From assembly GCA_963666975.2 (NCBI GenBank), contig CAXVYR010000004.1:384001-448000 (forward strand): 64,000 nucleotides of DNA, read 5' to 3'. The stretch is from Terriglobia bacterium (GTDB lineage Bacteria; Acidobacteriota; Terriglobia; 2-12-FULL-54-10). The notes under the pieces were generated by a model. That model saw only the letters and a list, made by a program, of their open reading frames with translations. It was not told where the DNA came from and did not search any database. Positions 10,466-20,727 of this stretch are shown here, piece by piece. The first letter of the stretch is position 1. Each line of letters opens with the position of its first letter. The position numbers and the translations under genes are program-made.

Positions 10466-11589
10466 GCTCTGTTTCGGTTGCTCCCTTGCAAAAGTTCTGC
10501 GTAAACGGCGGCTGTCCGGCTGGCCATTATATCAGTGGTGGCATGGGTCATCACGAACCTTCGTCCGGCGTCGGCCAGCCGCTGGCGCGTCCTCGCCGAG
10601 TCCCGAAGCAAGCGAATGGCGGGAGGCAGTTCGCTCTTCCAATCCTTGCCTGCCAGGAGCCCCTCCTCCATATGGCGCACGATCTCCGGTATGCCTCCCA
10701 CATTGCTGGCTACAACGGGCAGATTGTATGCCATAGCCAGCAGAATCGCCGAGCCTAACCCCTCGGATTTACTCAAGTACAAAAACATGTCCAGCGACCC
10801 CAGAAAGGCACTTAAGTCCTCGCCGAGCCGGACAATCTGAAAGCGTTTCTCCACGCCGCGCTTCCTGGCGTGTTCGAGAAGGACTTTTTCGGCAGCTTGC
10901 TGGTCCGCGTCCGACTCTGGAAGACCGAGCCCCGGAGTCCCAAGCCAAAGCTGCATTGTGGAAGGCAGATTCACCAGCAGGTCCACGCTATCCTGCAAAA
11001 GCTTCTCGGGAGCTATCGTCGCCAATGTTCCGATCAGAAAGGTTTGCTCCCCCACTCCAAAGCGGCGGCGCAGCTCGCTGCTATTCCCGGAACCCGCGGG
11101 CAAACGGGGAAGCTTCACCCCGTCCAGAACCACGTGAATCTTTTCTTCCGGCACGCTAGCCTGGAGAAGCTGCTGGCGGACATAATCCGAAACGGCGATA
11201 TAAGCGTCGGCGGCGCCGTACTTGAGACGGCTGAAAAACCCAATCGGATAGGCCACTCGCCGGGATACAACCAGACGGGGCCAGGACTTTTTGCTTCTGC
11301 CGATGCCTGCCAGCCACGCCAGCGAATGTCCGCGGGCATCATGCGCATGAAGCAGATCAAACCGGACGGCCTTCTGAGGGAGACCCCGAAGGTTCGCAAA
11401 AGACATGGCTTGCGGAGACAGTTCCGCAACCTCCAGCCCTGCTTTGCGAGTCCGCTCCGCCAGAGGGGAGCTGCTCGGGGCCAGCAGCAACTGTTCATGG
11501 CCGAGGTCCCGCAGTCCTTCCATCAGCCAGAAAAGTTGTTGCTGTCCACCGCGCCATCCTTTGCCGGTGTCCAGGTGCAGTATCTTCAT
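10462..11589 (-). CDS. Glycosyltransferase family 4
   Basis: WRGGQQQ, HAHD, SKSEGLGSAILLAMA, PVVASNVGGIPE. Confidence 0.9.
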   Translation of the reverse strand: MKILHLDTGKGWRGGQQQLFWLMEGLRDLGHEQLLLAPSSSPLAERTRKAGLEVAELSPQAMSFANLRGLPQKAVRFDLLHAHDARGHSLAWLAGIGRSKKSWPRLVVSRRVAYPIGFFSRLKYGAADAYIAVSDYVRQQLLQASVPEEKIHVVLDGVKLPRLPAGSGNSSELRRRFGVGEQTFLIGTLATIAPEKLLQDSVDLLVNLPSTMQLWLGTPGLGLPESDADQQAAEKVLLEHARKRGVEKRFQIVRLGEDLSAFLGSLDMFLYLSKSEGLGSAILLAMAYNLPVVASNVGGIPEIVRHMEEGLLAGKDWKSELPPAIRLLRDSARTRQRLADAGRRFVMTHATTDIMASRTAAVYAELLQGSNRNRA

Positions 11590-11662
11590 TATTATTTTTT
11601 GCTCTGATCCACGGTTCCTGTTTGAAGATCGGCGGCACTTTTCATTGCTTCCTCTTCATTCT

Positions 11663-12466
11663 TTACCCTTCCATTCCTGCCTCCGTCCCTTTGTGGACCA
11701 TCTGCCAAAGTTTCGCATACTTCAAGAAAACATAGAAGGCGGCCATGCCGGCAATCACCAATCCCGGAAAACCGTCCCGAAAGCCCTGCCGGAAAAGATA
11801 GGACTCCAGAAACTTCCAGGGAGGCATCGCCGCCAAACGGGGCAGTATCCAGCCAGCACGACCATCTCCAGTACTTCGATCCCCAGCACCACGATCTAAT
11901 ACCTCCTGGGCCGCCAGCGTAGTGTAGCGGTCCAGCGTTTGGAGATGTTCGCCGAGCGAATCACATGTATAGTGCCGCAGGTCTCCCTTGAGTTTTCTTG
12001 TCTGCCCCTGCACCTCCACATGCTCATGCACGTAATCGCCGACCCATTGTCCCCGCCGTCGGTCGTAGAGCCGCAACTTGAAATCCGGATACCAGCCGGA
12101 ATGGCGAATCCAGCGCCCCAGGTAACGAGCCGCCCGTGGCATCAGAAATCCCGCCGCTTCCCCCGGACCTTTCTGCTTGAGTTGCAGCAGTTCGTCAGCC
12201 AGTTCCGGACTGAGCGCTTCGTCGGCATCGAGGCTGAGAATCCAAGGATAGGCGGCCTGGGACGCGGCGTAATTTTTCTGCCGTGCGTAACCCTCCCACG
12301 GGTGTGAGAACAGACGCACTCCGTAGCGGCTGGCAATTTCCAGCGTCCCATCCGTGCTGCCGCAATCGACCACCAGCACCTCGTCCGCCACCGACAGGGA
12401 CTCCAGGGCGCGCGCCAAGCGGCGCTCCTCGTTGAGCGTGATGAGAACGGCGGAAATTTCCATCAT
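11663..12466 (-). CDS. Glycosyltransferase family 2 (WaaE/KdtX-like LPS beta-1,4-glucosyltransferase)
   Basis: ITLNEE, VVDCGSTDGT, WILSLDADE, GWYPD, VHEHV, GFRDG. Confidence 0.9.
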   Translation of the reverse strand: MMEISAVLITLNEERRLARALESLSVADEVLVVDCGSTDGTLEIASRYGVRLFSHPWEGYARQKNYAASQAAYPWILSLDADEALSPELADELLQLKQKGPGEAAGFLMPRAARYLGRWIRHSGWYPDFKLRLYDRRRGQWVGDYVHEHVEVQGQTRKLKGDLRHYTCDSLGEHLQTLDRYTTLAAQEVLDRGAGDRSTGDGRAGWILPRLAAMPPWKFLESYLFRQGFRDGFPGLVIAGMAAFYVFLKYAKLWQMVHKGTEAGMEG

Positions 12467-12530
12467 CGGTCGCCCGGCCAGAAAAATAAATACTGCATAA
12501 TAACTGACGAGATGTGCTTCCCTGCATCCT

Positions 12531-13865
12531 TCATGAATATGTCATTAAAATCCGAAGGTCGCGGACATTAGTTCCCGTGGGGCCCGTCACCACCGTGTCC
12601 CCTAGCTTCTCGAAAAAGCGGTAGGAGTTCCCTTCCCTCAAAAAACTTTCCGGGGCTAACTCCAGCCTTGCCGCGCGCCCGGCGCTGTCGCCGTCGGCGA
12701 TAGCGCCGCAGGCCGGGCTATTGCCGTCGATGCCGTCCGTACCTGCGCTCAGAACTACAATCGGTTGTCCTGCAATCTTGGCGACGCAATCCAGGACAAA
12801 CGCCTGGTTCCGTCCTCCCAAGCCCTCGCCCGAAACCGGGCAGCTCAACTCCCCTCCGCTCACTACAACCACTGGATGTCCGGGATGCTGCTTTCTCAAG
12901 GCTCCGAGACGCGCCAGCAGATGATCCGCAGCCTGGCGGTATTCCCAGTCATCGCAACTTAAGTCCGTCTCTGCCCTGAGGCCCTTTGCCTGGGCGAGTT
13001 CCGCAAGTTTCCCCACGCCTTCCCGGTTCGACAGCAAACAATAATAACTGCTCCGCGCAAAAATAGGGTTCCCCGGTTTGGGAGTCTCGGCAATATCCCC
13101 AGAGTTAAACACGGCGCGGATTGAGCCGGGAAACTTCGGGAGCAGATCGTAGGAAGCCGCAATGCGGCGGCAATCCTCCACCGTGGATTCATCCGGCATA
13201 GTGGGACCGGAAGCGACCGTCGAGGGCAGATGGTCTGGGACATCGGAAACATAAAGGGTCACCTGGGTCGCCGGGGCGGCTCGCTCGGCCAGCCGCCCGC
13301 CTTTCACCGCCGAAAAATGCTTGCGAAGCACGTTGATCTCGTAGATGGATGCTCCGCAGGTGACGAGCACTTCATGGAATCTGTGGAGGTCTTCGGCAGA
13401 AACCGACGGACAGAGCGACTTCTCCAGGAGCGCGGAACCGCCTCCTGAAATCAAAAAAAGGACCGCGTTGTCCCTGGAACAGTTTTCGAGAAACGCCAGA
13501 GTCGCTTCGGCGGCCCGGCAGCTTTGCGCATTGGGATAAGGATGCCCCCCCTGAAAAAACTCGAATGCCGGACTGTCCCCGCCTGGAGGCGGCGCTGTAT
13601 TGGGAGCCACAACCACGCCGCGCAGGCCGGTACCGGCAAGTGATTCTGCCGCAACCTCAGCCATCTCCCGGGCAGCCTTCCCGAAGGAAACTACTCGAAT
13701 GCTCTGGAATCGACCCTCAGGATAACTTTCCCCAGCGATCTCCAAAACACCGTTGCGGAGACGGAGCGCCTCCCGCAGCCGCGGGCCGACATCGAGATGC
13801 CGAAGTGTTTCCAGCAGAAGGTTGCGGCAAAGGTCTCTGGCTTCCGCGCTGTTTATGCCCGGCAT
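12531..13865 (-). CDS. Glycerate kinase type 2 (MOFRL/DUF4147)
   Basis: FGKAA, GGHPYP, LISGGGSAL, VKGGRLA, SGPT, GGRNQ, GTDGIDG, TGPTGTNVRD; start set at ATG 13865. Confidence 0.9.
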   Translation of the reverse strand: MPGINSAEARDLCRNLLLETLRHLDVGPRLREALRLRNGVLEIAGESYPEGRFQSIRVVSFGKAAREMAEVAAESLAGTGLRGVVVAPNTAPPPGGDSPAFEFFQGGHPYPNAQSCRAAEATLAFLENCSRDNAVLFLISGGGSALLEKSLCPSVSAEDLHRFHEVLVTCGASIYEINVLRKHFSAVKGGRLAERAAPATQVTLYVSDVPDHLPSTVASGPTMPDESTVEDCRRIAASYDLLPKFPGSIRAVFNSGDIAETPKPGNPIFARSSYYCLLSNREGVGKLAELAQAKGLRAETDLSCDDWEYRQAADHLLARLGALRKQHPGHPVVVVSGGELSCPVSGEGLGGRNQAFVLDCVAKIAGQPIVVLSAGTDGIDGNSPACGAIADGDSAGRAARLELAPESFLREGNSYRFFEKLGDTVVTGPTGTNVRDLRILMTYS

Positions 13866-14039
13866 CTTTATTTCTCGCTTGTCATTTCTCTCTCGTCCGG
13901 CAAGATTATAGCGGGCTGAATCACAAAAGTGGGCACACAAAAGCTTTTCTTCCTGGAAAGTTCCAAGAACGTTCTTGCTTGTGTTTTTACCTTTCTACTG
14001 AGAAAAAACAGGGGGCGGGACAGGAAAGCTGAAAGAATC

Positions 14040-14663
14040 TCATCGTCTGCGGGGGCGGGACCCACCGGCAGGCAACGCGCTGAGGTCGTTGAGCAATTTC
14101 CGCTCTTCCGAGTTGAAGCGGCGCTGGATCTCAGGCCGGGCGATGTAGGTTTTGCGTTCGTCGAGAGACATTCTCTGGAGGCGGCGAAACTCCTGGATCA
14201 CAGCTTGACGGCGTTCTGCCGGAAGGCCGCGCCAATGCTGGCTGTAAATTTCCCGGGCCCTGCGGCGCTGGTCCGGCGTGAGTCTTCGAAAATTTTCGTA
14301 CCGCTGCTCGATTCGCCCCCTCTGCTCGGGTGACAACGCTTGAAAGCGGCGCAAGCGCTCCAGCAACTGTTCTTTCCGTTCCTTTGGGAGCCGCTGGAAT
14401 CGCTCGTTATTCCGGAGCACTTTCTCCTGTTCCTCCGGAGGGAGCTTGCGCAGCCTCTCTAACAGCTGGGGGGGCAGAGGCCCCCGACCGCGGCGTCCGG
14501 GCCTGCTGTCTGGACGAGGTCTCCGCTGCTGAGCCAGACGGAAAACGCTCCTCTCCCTTGCCGGAGCATGGAGGCCGGACGGATTTTCGCCCCATCCGTC
14601 TGCGCCGAGTTCCGCAACCGGGACCAGACTAACCAGCAGGGTAAAGGAAAAAATAAATCTCAT
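14040..14663 (-). CDS. DUF3106-like exported helical-repeat protein
   Basis: Signal peptide; repeated FxxLxPEQR units; third gene of an ECF-sigma operon. Confidence 0.75.
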   Translation of the reverse strand: MRFIFSFTLLVSLVPVAELGADGWGENPSGLHAPARERSVFRLAQQRRPRPDSRPGRRGRGPLPPQLLERLRKLPPEEQEKVLRNNERFQRLPKERKEQLLERLRRFQALSPEQRGRIEQRYENFRRLTPDQRRRAREIYSQHWRGLPAERRQAVIQEFRRLQRMSLDERKTYIARPEIQRRFNSEERKLLNDLSALPAGGSRPRRR

Positions 14664-15166
14664 GGCTGTGATACGCTCGCAATGCTCAATTCTTGCAGCA
14701 CTTCAAAATTTCTCAAAAGTTCCCAATCTTCCAAAACAGGCACCAGCTCATCCATCTCGATAGCCATGCTGGCCACCATCGGTTGCTGCTCCCGGCTCGC
14801 CAAGTTTTCGCTCGTGGAGGGTGGATAGCCTACCAAGACCACCGCCAGAAAAATCACGGCAACCATCGCTGTGGCAAAAGCCGGCCTTCCCAGCGGCAGG
14901 TTTCGCAAGGCGCTCCCGAGACCTGCCAGCCATCCTGCCGAGACGGCGTCTTGCTCGATGCGCCGCTCCAGGCGGGCGTTGAAGAAAGGAGAAGGCTCGA
15001 TGCCCTCCCATGCATCCAGCAGTCCGAACACTTCCGTGAACCTCTTCGCTTGCTCCGCGCAGGAAGAACAAGCACGCAGGTGGGACTCCACCTCCGCCCG
15101 TTCGCGAGGGACCAGCTTTCCATCCATGAAGGGAATCAGGAAGCCTTCGGCTTTGTTGCATTTCAT
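14660..15166 (-). CDS. Zinc-binding anti-sigma factor (zf-HC2)
   Basis: MKC...HLRACSSC ZAS motif, single TM segment, overlaps the sigma gene. Confidence 0.88.
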   Translation of the reverse strand: MKCNKAEGFLIPFMDGKLVPRERAEVESHLRACSSCAEQAKRFTEVFGLLDAWEGIEPSPFFNARLERRIEQDAVSAGWLAGLGSALRNLPLGRPAFATAMVAVIFLAVVLVGYPPSTSENLASREQQPMVASMAIEMDELVPVLEDWELLRNFEVLQELSIASVSQP

Positions 15167-15747
15167 GATCTACCTCCAGCCATATGGGCCAACCGTTCGC
15201 GCAGAGTCTCATAAGCGCGGAACAGCAGAGACTTCACTGCCGATTGGGAACACTCCAAAGATTGCGCAATCTGCCCGTAATCGAGTTCCTGGTACTTATG
15301 CAGAATCACCGCCGCCCGCTGCTTGTCGGGAAGCGATTGGACCGCGCGGCGAATCTCCAATGCCCGGGCCTCGGCCACCAGGTTTTCTTCCACCGTCGGC
15401 GACGGGTCCCGCACCCCCCGCTCTTTTTCACCGGAGAGTTCCTCCAACGGCGTTTCCTTCCGGGCGTGGCGGCCATTGCGCAGTGAATTCAGCGCCACAT
15501 GCGTCGCAATGCGGTACAACCAAGTCGTAAACTTGGCGGTCGGGACATAGTTGGCGCGGGCCCTGTAAACGCGAAGAAACACCTCCTGCGCCAGTTCTTC
15601 GGCGACGGCTGCATTCTGCACCATTCGGTACAGGTAGTTCACCACCGGGTCGCGGTGCTTTGTGAGCAAGTAGGCGAAGGAGCTTTCATCTCCGCCCTTC
15701 ACGCGAAGCATCACTTCCGCATCTGAACCGGCAGTTACTGCCTCCAT
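15163..15747 (-). CDS. ECF RNA polymerase sigma-70 factor
   Basis: AEELAQEVFLRVY, FTTWLYRIA (region 2); LPDKQR...IAQSLECSQSAVKSLLFRA (region 4); start set at ATG 15747. Confidence 0.93.
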   Translation of the reverse strand: MEAVTAGSDAEVMLRVKGGDESSFAYLLTKHRDPVVNYLYRMVQNAAVAEELAQEVFLRVYRARANYVPTAKFTTWLYRIATHVALNSLRNGRHARKETPLEELSGEKERGVRDPSPTVEENLVAEARALEIRRAVQSLPDKQRAAVILHKYQELDYGQIAQSLECSQSAVKSLLFRAYETLRERLAHMAGGRS

Positions 15748-15755
15748 ATAGTCTC

Positions 15756-15782
15756 TAAACCCCGAATCGCCCGGTAAGTTGC
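15756..15782 (-). promoter_or_regulatory. Candidate ECF-sigma autoregulatory promoter
   Basis: GCAACTT-N15-GTTTA, 8 nt upstream of the sigma ATG; the same motif occurs at 16021-16048. Confidence 0.5.
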
Positions 15783-16020
15783 GGTCACTTGGGGGGATAT
15801 CCAGCTCGCCCAGGGGTACAGCTCGATCCTCGGAAAGCACAACACGGGGAGACCTTCTCTGCATGATCCAACACCCACCTTGCCCGGCATTCCGCAAAGG
15901 CAAGCAGTTCCGCTGGCTAGGATGATTTTACTCCCAGTTTCCGGCTGTTGAACACACAAGATTACGCCGCGCACAGGCGCCGAAAAGATGAGGGCGATGG
16001 TGCGCCCCGTTTCCTACAAC

Positions 16021-16048
16021 GCAACTTTTCCGTCCCCAAACGTGTTTA
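16021..16048 (+). promoter_or_regulatory. Candidate ECF-sigma promoter for the spy/BON genes
   Basis: GCAACTT-N16-GTTTA. Confidence 0.5.
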
Positions 16049-16153
16049 TCCGTTTGACGAGCATTTCGATAGCAAGCAATTTTTAGCCGTTTGCGAAAGG
16101 AAATCGTCGCCAATGCTGGCTGAAAGAAAAATCAAATCACGCAGGAGGAAAAA

Positions 16154-16591
16154 ATGCAACGAAGAAAAATCTTCTCATCCACTGTCGTCATGCTTTGTGC
16201 CCTGGTCGCCGGCGGCCAGATAGCGGTTGCGGAGCCGTCCCAAGCAAGAGAGGGCGACCGCGCTGAAAGAAGGGGAGAACGCTCCCAGGGGCTGGGCCAG
16301 AGACTGGACCAGAGGCTGCAAAGGTTAAGTGAAGAGCTGAGCTTAACCGAGGCACAGAAGGCCGAAATTTGGTCGTTTTCCGAACAACAACAAAACCAGG
16401 CCCGGACCTTGCGCGGCGACAATTCCCTTTCCCGCGCGGAGAAGCAGGAACAAGCAAAGCAAATCCGCCAGGCAACCCAAGAGGGTATCCAGCGAATCCT
16501 AACATCGGAACAGCAAGAACGGTTTGCCGAAATGCGAAAGCAAGCTGGAGAAAGACGCGGGGGACGCAGGGGCCGGAGAAACTCCCGGTGA
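16154..16591 (+). CDS. Spy/CpxP-family periplasmic chaperone (LTxxQ motif)
   Basis: Signal peptide, LSLTEAQK and ILTSEQQ motifs; AGGAGG RBS. Confidence 0.8.
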   Translation: MQRRKIFSSTVVMLCALVAGGQIAVAEPSQAREGDRAERRGERSQGLGQRLDQRLQRLSEELSLTEAQKAEIWSFSEQQQNQARTLRGDNSLSRAEKQEQAKQIRQATQEGIQRILTSEQQERFAEMRKQAGERRGGRRGRRNSR

Positions 16592-16666
16592 CCTCGCCCG
16601 GAAGCAAGAAATAACAAATAAACAGGCTCCAACCTTCATGAGGAGTAACAGAACAGGGAGGATTCA

Positions 16667-17437
16667 ATGAAACGGGACACAAGAATAAAAACAACTCTCC
16701 TATCCATGATTATTGTTTTGGGAATCGCTACGCTTCCCGGCGCGGCACAAGCCCACCTTTCCGATGCGATGATCAAGACCCGGGTGCAGCATCAACTCAT
16801 GGACCAGAAGGTGCTGCGCGAAGACAATGTCCAGGTTATGGTGGAAGAGGGCGTCGTCCGCTTGACCGGAATCGTGAGCAATATTGCTGAGAAGCAGCGG
16901 GCGGAGAAGGCCGCCCTCGGCGTGGACGAGGTTGCCCGCGTGCAGAACGACTTAACCGTCGAGATCGCTGACCTTTCCGATCAGCAAATCGCTGACGGCG
17001 TCGCGAAGCAAATACACAGTTACGTGTTCTACGACGTTTTCGATTGGATTGAGGGAGAGGTCCAAGAAGGCGCTGTCACGCTGAAAGGGCAGGTCCGAGA
17101 ACCGTGGCGCAAGAAGGACTACCAAAGACTTGCGGAAGCGGTTCCAGGCGTGCAGAGCGTGGCGAACGAGATCCAGGTCCTCCCACTCTCCAGTTTTGAC
17201 GATCAATTGCGGGTAGCCGCCGCCCGATCCATCTATGGAGATGCCTTCTTTGCACGCTACGCCAATCGCGCGCTGCCACCCATCCACATCATTGTCAAAA
17301 ACGGGAAAGTCACCCTGGAAGGGGCGGTCGCCAATCCGCTGGAGCGGCAGTTAGCCGAGACGGTTGTCCGCTCGGGAGTGCTGTCTTTCGGCGTGGTGAA
17401 CCACTTGACTGTCGATACGGAAACGCAATCCATCTAA
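16667..17437 (+). CDS. BON-domain (OsmY-like) exported protein, three BON repeats
   Basis: Signal peptide; GVVRLTG/GAVTLKG/GKVTLEG each followed by VxNxL. Confidence 0.9.
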   Translation: MKRDTRIKTTLLSMIIVLGIATLPGAAQAHLSDAMIKTRVQHQLMDQKVLREDNVQVMVEEGVVRLTGIVSNIAEKQRAEKAALGVDEVARVQNDLTVEIADLSDQQIADGVAKQIHSYVFYDVFDWIEGEVQEGAVTLKGQVREPWRKKDYQRLAEAVPGVQSVANEIQVLPLSSFDDQLRVAAARSIYGDAFFARYANRALPPIHIIVKNGKVTLEGAVANPLERQLAETVVRSGVLSFGVVNHLTVDTETQSI

Positions 17438-17565
17438 CTTGCGTTTAGGAGGAACCTGTCCGGAATGGAAGTCTGTAGCGGCGGCAAGCCGGCGTGAGGG
17501 AGGCTGGCCGCCACCGGGCGGGACGCTCACCGCGCCGGTGTAGGAGAGACTAAGTGTGCGAGAGA

Positions 17566-20500
17566 CTAATGGAGCCATGTATGCAAGCGAGCAGTAATTG
17601 CGGAGCGGGCGTCCAGCGTCAGGCTAAACAAGGCGGGCACCAAGAAAAGAGTGAAAATCGTCGAAACAACCAATCCCCCTATCACTACGCTGCCGAGGCC
17701 GCGATAGAGTTCTGAACCGGCGCCGGGAAACAGCACCAGCGGAAGCATGGCGAAAACCGAAGTGCTGACGCTCATGAAGATGGGGCGTATACGGTTTGAA
17801 ACCGACTCCCGGATGGCCTCGCGCGGCGCCATTCCCTCCTCGCGCATGTGATTCAATGACTGGTGGACAATCAAGATCGCATTGTTTACCACGGTGCCTA
17901 CCAAAATAATGAACCCCAGCATCGTCAGCACGTCCAGGGCTTGGTAGGTATACAGGTTCACCACCGCCAGCCCCAAGAACCCTCCTAATGCCGCCAGCGG
18001 CACGCTGAACATAATTACGAAGGGATAGAGAAAGCTCTCGAACAGCGCGGCCATCAACAGGTATGTGATGACAAGCGCCAGCAGGATGTTCCATCGCAAG
18101 GCGCCCGCCGTCTCGACCAGCTTATCGGCGGCGCCGCTCAGGGAGACTTGATAAAGCCCCCCCAGCTTTCCCTCCCGGCGCAAGGGCGCAATCATCTCCG
18201 ATTCAATCAACTCCATCGCGGCCTCCAGCGGCATCTGCTCGGCTGGAGACACCTGGATGGTGATGGCGCGCTGGCGTTCACTGTGGTTAATGGTTTGCGG
18301 ACCATTCACTACGGAGATATCGGCCACCGCGCCCAGCGTGACCAGCCGGCCGCCTGGCGCGGCGATGGGCATCTGCTCCAGCATGTGTGTGCGATGGGCG
18401 AAGCTTTCTTCCGCCATCACCTTGAGGTCGATCTCCCTGCCTTCATTTTGATAGTCGCTCACCTTGGCTCCGTCCACCAAGACGCTGACGGTGAAACCAA
18501 GCTCGCGGTTGGAAATCCCCAGATCGGAGGCGCGACGCCGGTGTGTGACCAACCGGACTTCCGGATTGTCCAGGTCGAGGCTGGGACGAGGGAAAGCCTG
18601 CGACCCCGGCAGGACCTGAAACGTCTGCATCATGATGGTTTGACCCAATTCGATCAGCCGCTCCAGTTCCGGACCGGTGATTTCGATGTCGATGCTCCGT
18701 CCTGCACCCATCTGCTGCTGGAAAATGCTGGATTGCTCGGCAAAAACGATGGCCCCGGGAACCTGAAAGCCCGCTTCCCGGATCGGGGGGATGAGTTCAG
18801 TCACCCGAAGCGGTATGTTCGCTTTCGCTCCCAGAAAGGCTTGATTTTGGAGGACCACAAAAAAGAAGTCGTCGATGCCGCCCCCGGGAAGGCCTGCAGC
18901 CTCGGGAGACCCAGCAGGCACATCCCAAAGAGGCCGTAGTTTTTCATCGATGACGTTGTGGAACGAGGAGACTTCCTCCAGGTTCAAGCCGGGAGGCGGA
19001 AGCAAGACCCCGAAAATAAAGTTGTTGTTGCCCACCGGCAAATATTCGGTCTTGGGCATCAGCCAATAGCTGAATCCCAGCGAGGCAGCGGTGAGCACCA
19101 CGACCACTGCCAGCCGGACCAGTATGGACCCGGTAATCCAATGAACGCTGCCGGTGACCATGCGGGTGAAACCGCTGGTAAGGGCCGTGGCGCCCCAAAG
19201 ATTGTGGAAGCCGCGCCGTTGGGGATCGTGCTCGGCAGTGCGCAATATCTTGGCCGAAAGACTTGGAATGACGGTAATCGAAATCACCAGGCTCAAGACC
19301 ACGGCGCAACTGATGGCGAGCGCGATGTCGCCGAACAGTTGCCCGACTTCCTGCTCGATAAACACTACGGGGATGAAAACAGCCACGGTGGTCAGGGTGC
19401 TGGCCAGCACCGCGCCCCAGACCTCGCGGGCGCCATCATAGGCGGCGGCGAAACGGTCTTTTCCCATCTGGCTGTGGCGGTAAATGTTTTCGAGCACCAC
19501 GATGGCGTTGTCCACCACCAGGCCCACGGCAAACGCCATGCCCGCCAGGCTGATGACGTTCAGCGTGCGGCCGAATACATACATCATCAGGAAGGCCCCG
19601 ATGATGCTGATGGGAATGGCGACGGCAACCACCAAAGTGCTGGTCGCGCTGCGCAGAAACAGCAGAAGGACGGCAACGGCCAACAATCCGCCAATTAAGA
19701 TGCTCTGGCGGACCAGGTCAATGGCGCTGTTGATATAGTCGGTCTCGTCGTAAACTTGGACGAATTCCAGGCCACGGGGATGGAGCAGGTCGGCGTTCAG
19801 GCGGCGCACTATCTCCTGAAGCTCCGCCATCACTTCCAGGACGTTCGCCCCGGCCTCCTTGACGGTATTGATGATAAGCACCTGCTCGCCTTTGTGGAAG
19901 ACCCTGGCGGAGACCTTGCGGTAGCCGAGTTCTGCGCGGGCTACGTCCTTCAGGTAAATAGGCACGCCGTTGCGGACGGCAATAACGATTTCCTCGATCT
20001 CTTGAGGCGAGCCGTACTCTCCCACAGTCCGGACAACATAGCGACGCTTGCCCTCGCCAAAGTCGCCGCCGCTGTAGTTGCGGTTTTCGCGCTCCAGCGC
20101 CGTCCCCAGTTGGTTCAAGGTCACCTGCCGGGCGGCGAGCCGGGCCGGGTCAACCAGGACGTGCATCTCGCGCTCCTGGCCGCCGAAGATGTTGGCAACG
20201 GCAACGCCGGGGACGCGCTCAAACTCCGGCTTGATGAAGTCGTCGACGAAATCATAGAGCGTGGAGATGTCACCCGTGAACCCATCTTCCTTGGTAGACA
20301 CGATGGCAAACCAGGCAGCGGCATTGGCAAGAACATCTACTGTGCGAATGACGGGCTTGTTGGCATCGTCGGGGTAGGAAGGAACCTGCTCCAGGCGGTT
20401 TGATACCTTCAGCACGGCGGCGTCCAGGTCCGTGCCCACCTGGAAGGTCAAGGTGACCGTTCCTTGGCTGTCTGCGCTGGAGCTCTCCATCTTGGTGAGC

Positions 20501-20727
20501 CCCTCGAGGCCCTTGAGATGCTCTTCCTGCTCGTCAACGATCTCGCGCTCGACTTCCTGGGGGCTGGCTCCGGGCCACACCGTGACCACTGTAACTTCGG
20601 GCTCTTGGACAGTCGGGGTAAGCTGGATGGGAAGGCGAAAAAAACCGATGAAGCCGAATAAGACCAGGAAGATCACCCCGACGGCGGTCGTAACCGGAAA
20701 GCGAATGGCGTTTTCAATAATCTTCAC
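17566..20727 (-). CDS. RND efflux transporter permease subunit (AcrB family)
   Basis: 1053 aa; GLVVDNAIVVLENI, GTVVNNAIL, RIRPIFMS. Confidence 0.95.
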   Translation of the reverse strand: MKIIENAIRFPVTTAVGVIFLVLFGFIGFFRLPIQLTPTVQEPEVTVVTVWPGASPQEVEREIVDEQEEHLKGLEGLTKMESSSADSQGTVTLTFQVGTDLDAAVLKVSNRLEQVPSYPDDANKPVIRTVDVLANAAAWFAIVSTKEDGFTGDISTLYDFVDDFIKPEFERVPGVAVANIFGGQEREMHVLVDPARLAARQVTLNQLGTALERENRNYSGGDFGEGKRRYVVRTVGEYGSPQEIEEIVIAVRNGVPIYLKDVARAELGYRKVSARVFHKGEQVLIINTVKEAGANVLEVMAELQEIVRRLNADLLHPRGLEFVQVYDETDYINSAIDLVRQSILIGGLLAVAVLLLFLRSATSTLVVAVAIPISIIGAFLMMYVFGRTLNVISLAGMAFAVGLVVDNAIVVLENIYRHSQMGKDRFAAAYDGAREVWGAVLASTLTTVAVFIPVVFIEQEVGQLFGDIALAISCAVVLSLVISITVIPSLSAKILRTAEHDPQRRGFHNLWGATALTSGFTRMVTGSVHWITGSILVRLAVVVVLTAASLGFSYWLMPKTEYLPVGNNNFIFGVLLPPPGLNLEEVSSFHNVIDEKLRPLWDVPAGSPEAAGLPGGGIDDFFFVVLQNQAFLGAKANIPLRVTELIPPIREAGFQVPGAIVFAEQSSIFQQQMGAGRSIDIEITGPELERLIELGQTIMMQTFQVLPGSQAFPRPSLDLDNPEVRLVTHRRRASDLGISNRELGFTVSVLVDGAKVSDYQNEGREIDLKVMAEESFAHRTHMLEQMPIAAPGGRLVTLGAVADISVVNGPQTINHSERQRAITIQVSPAEQMPLEAAMELIESEMIAPLRREGKLGGLYQVSLSGAADKLVETAGALRWNILLALVITYLLMAALFESFLYPFVIMFSVPLAALGGFLGLAVVNLYTYQALDVLTMLGFIILVGTVVNNAILIVHQSLNHMREEGMAPREAIRESVSNRIRPIFMSVSTSVFAMLPLVLFPGAGSELYRGLGSVVIGGLVVSTIFTLFLVPALFSLTLDARSAITARLHTWLH

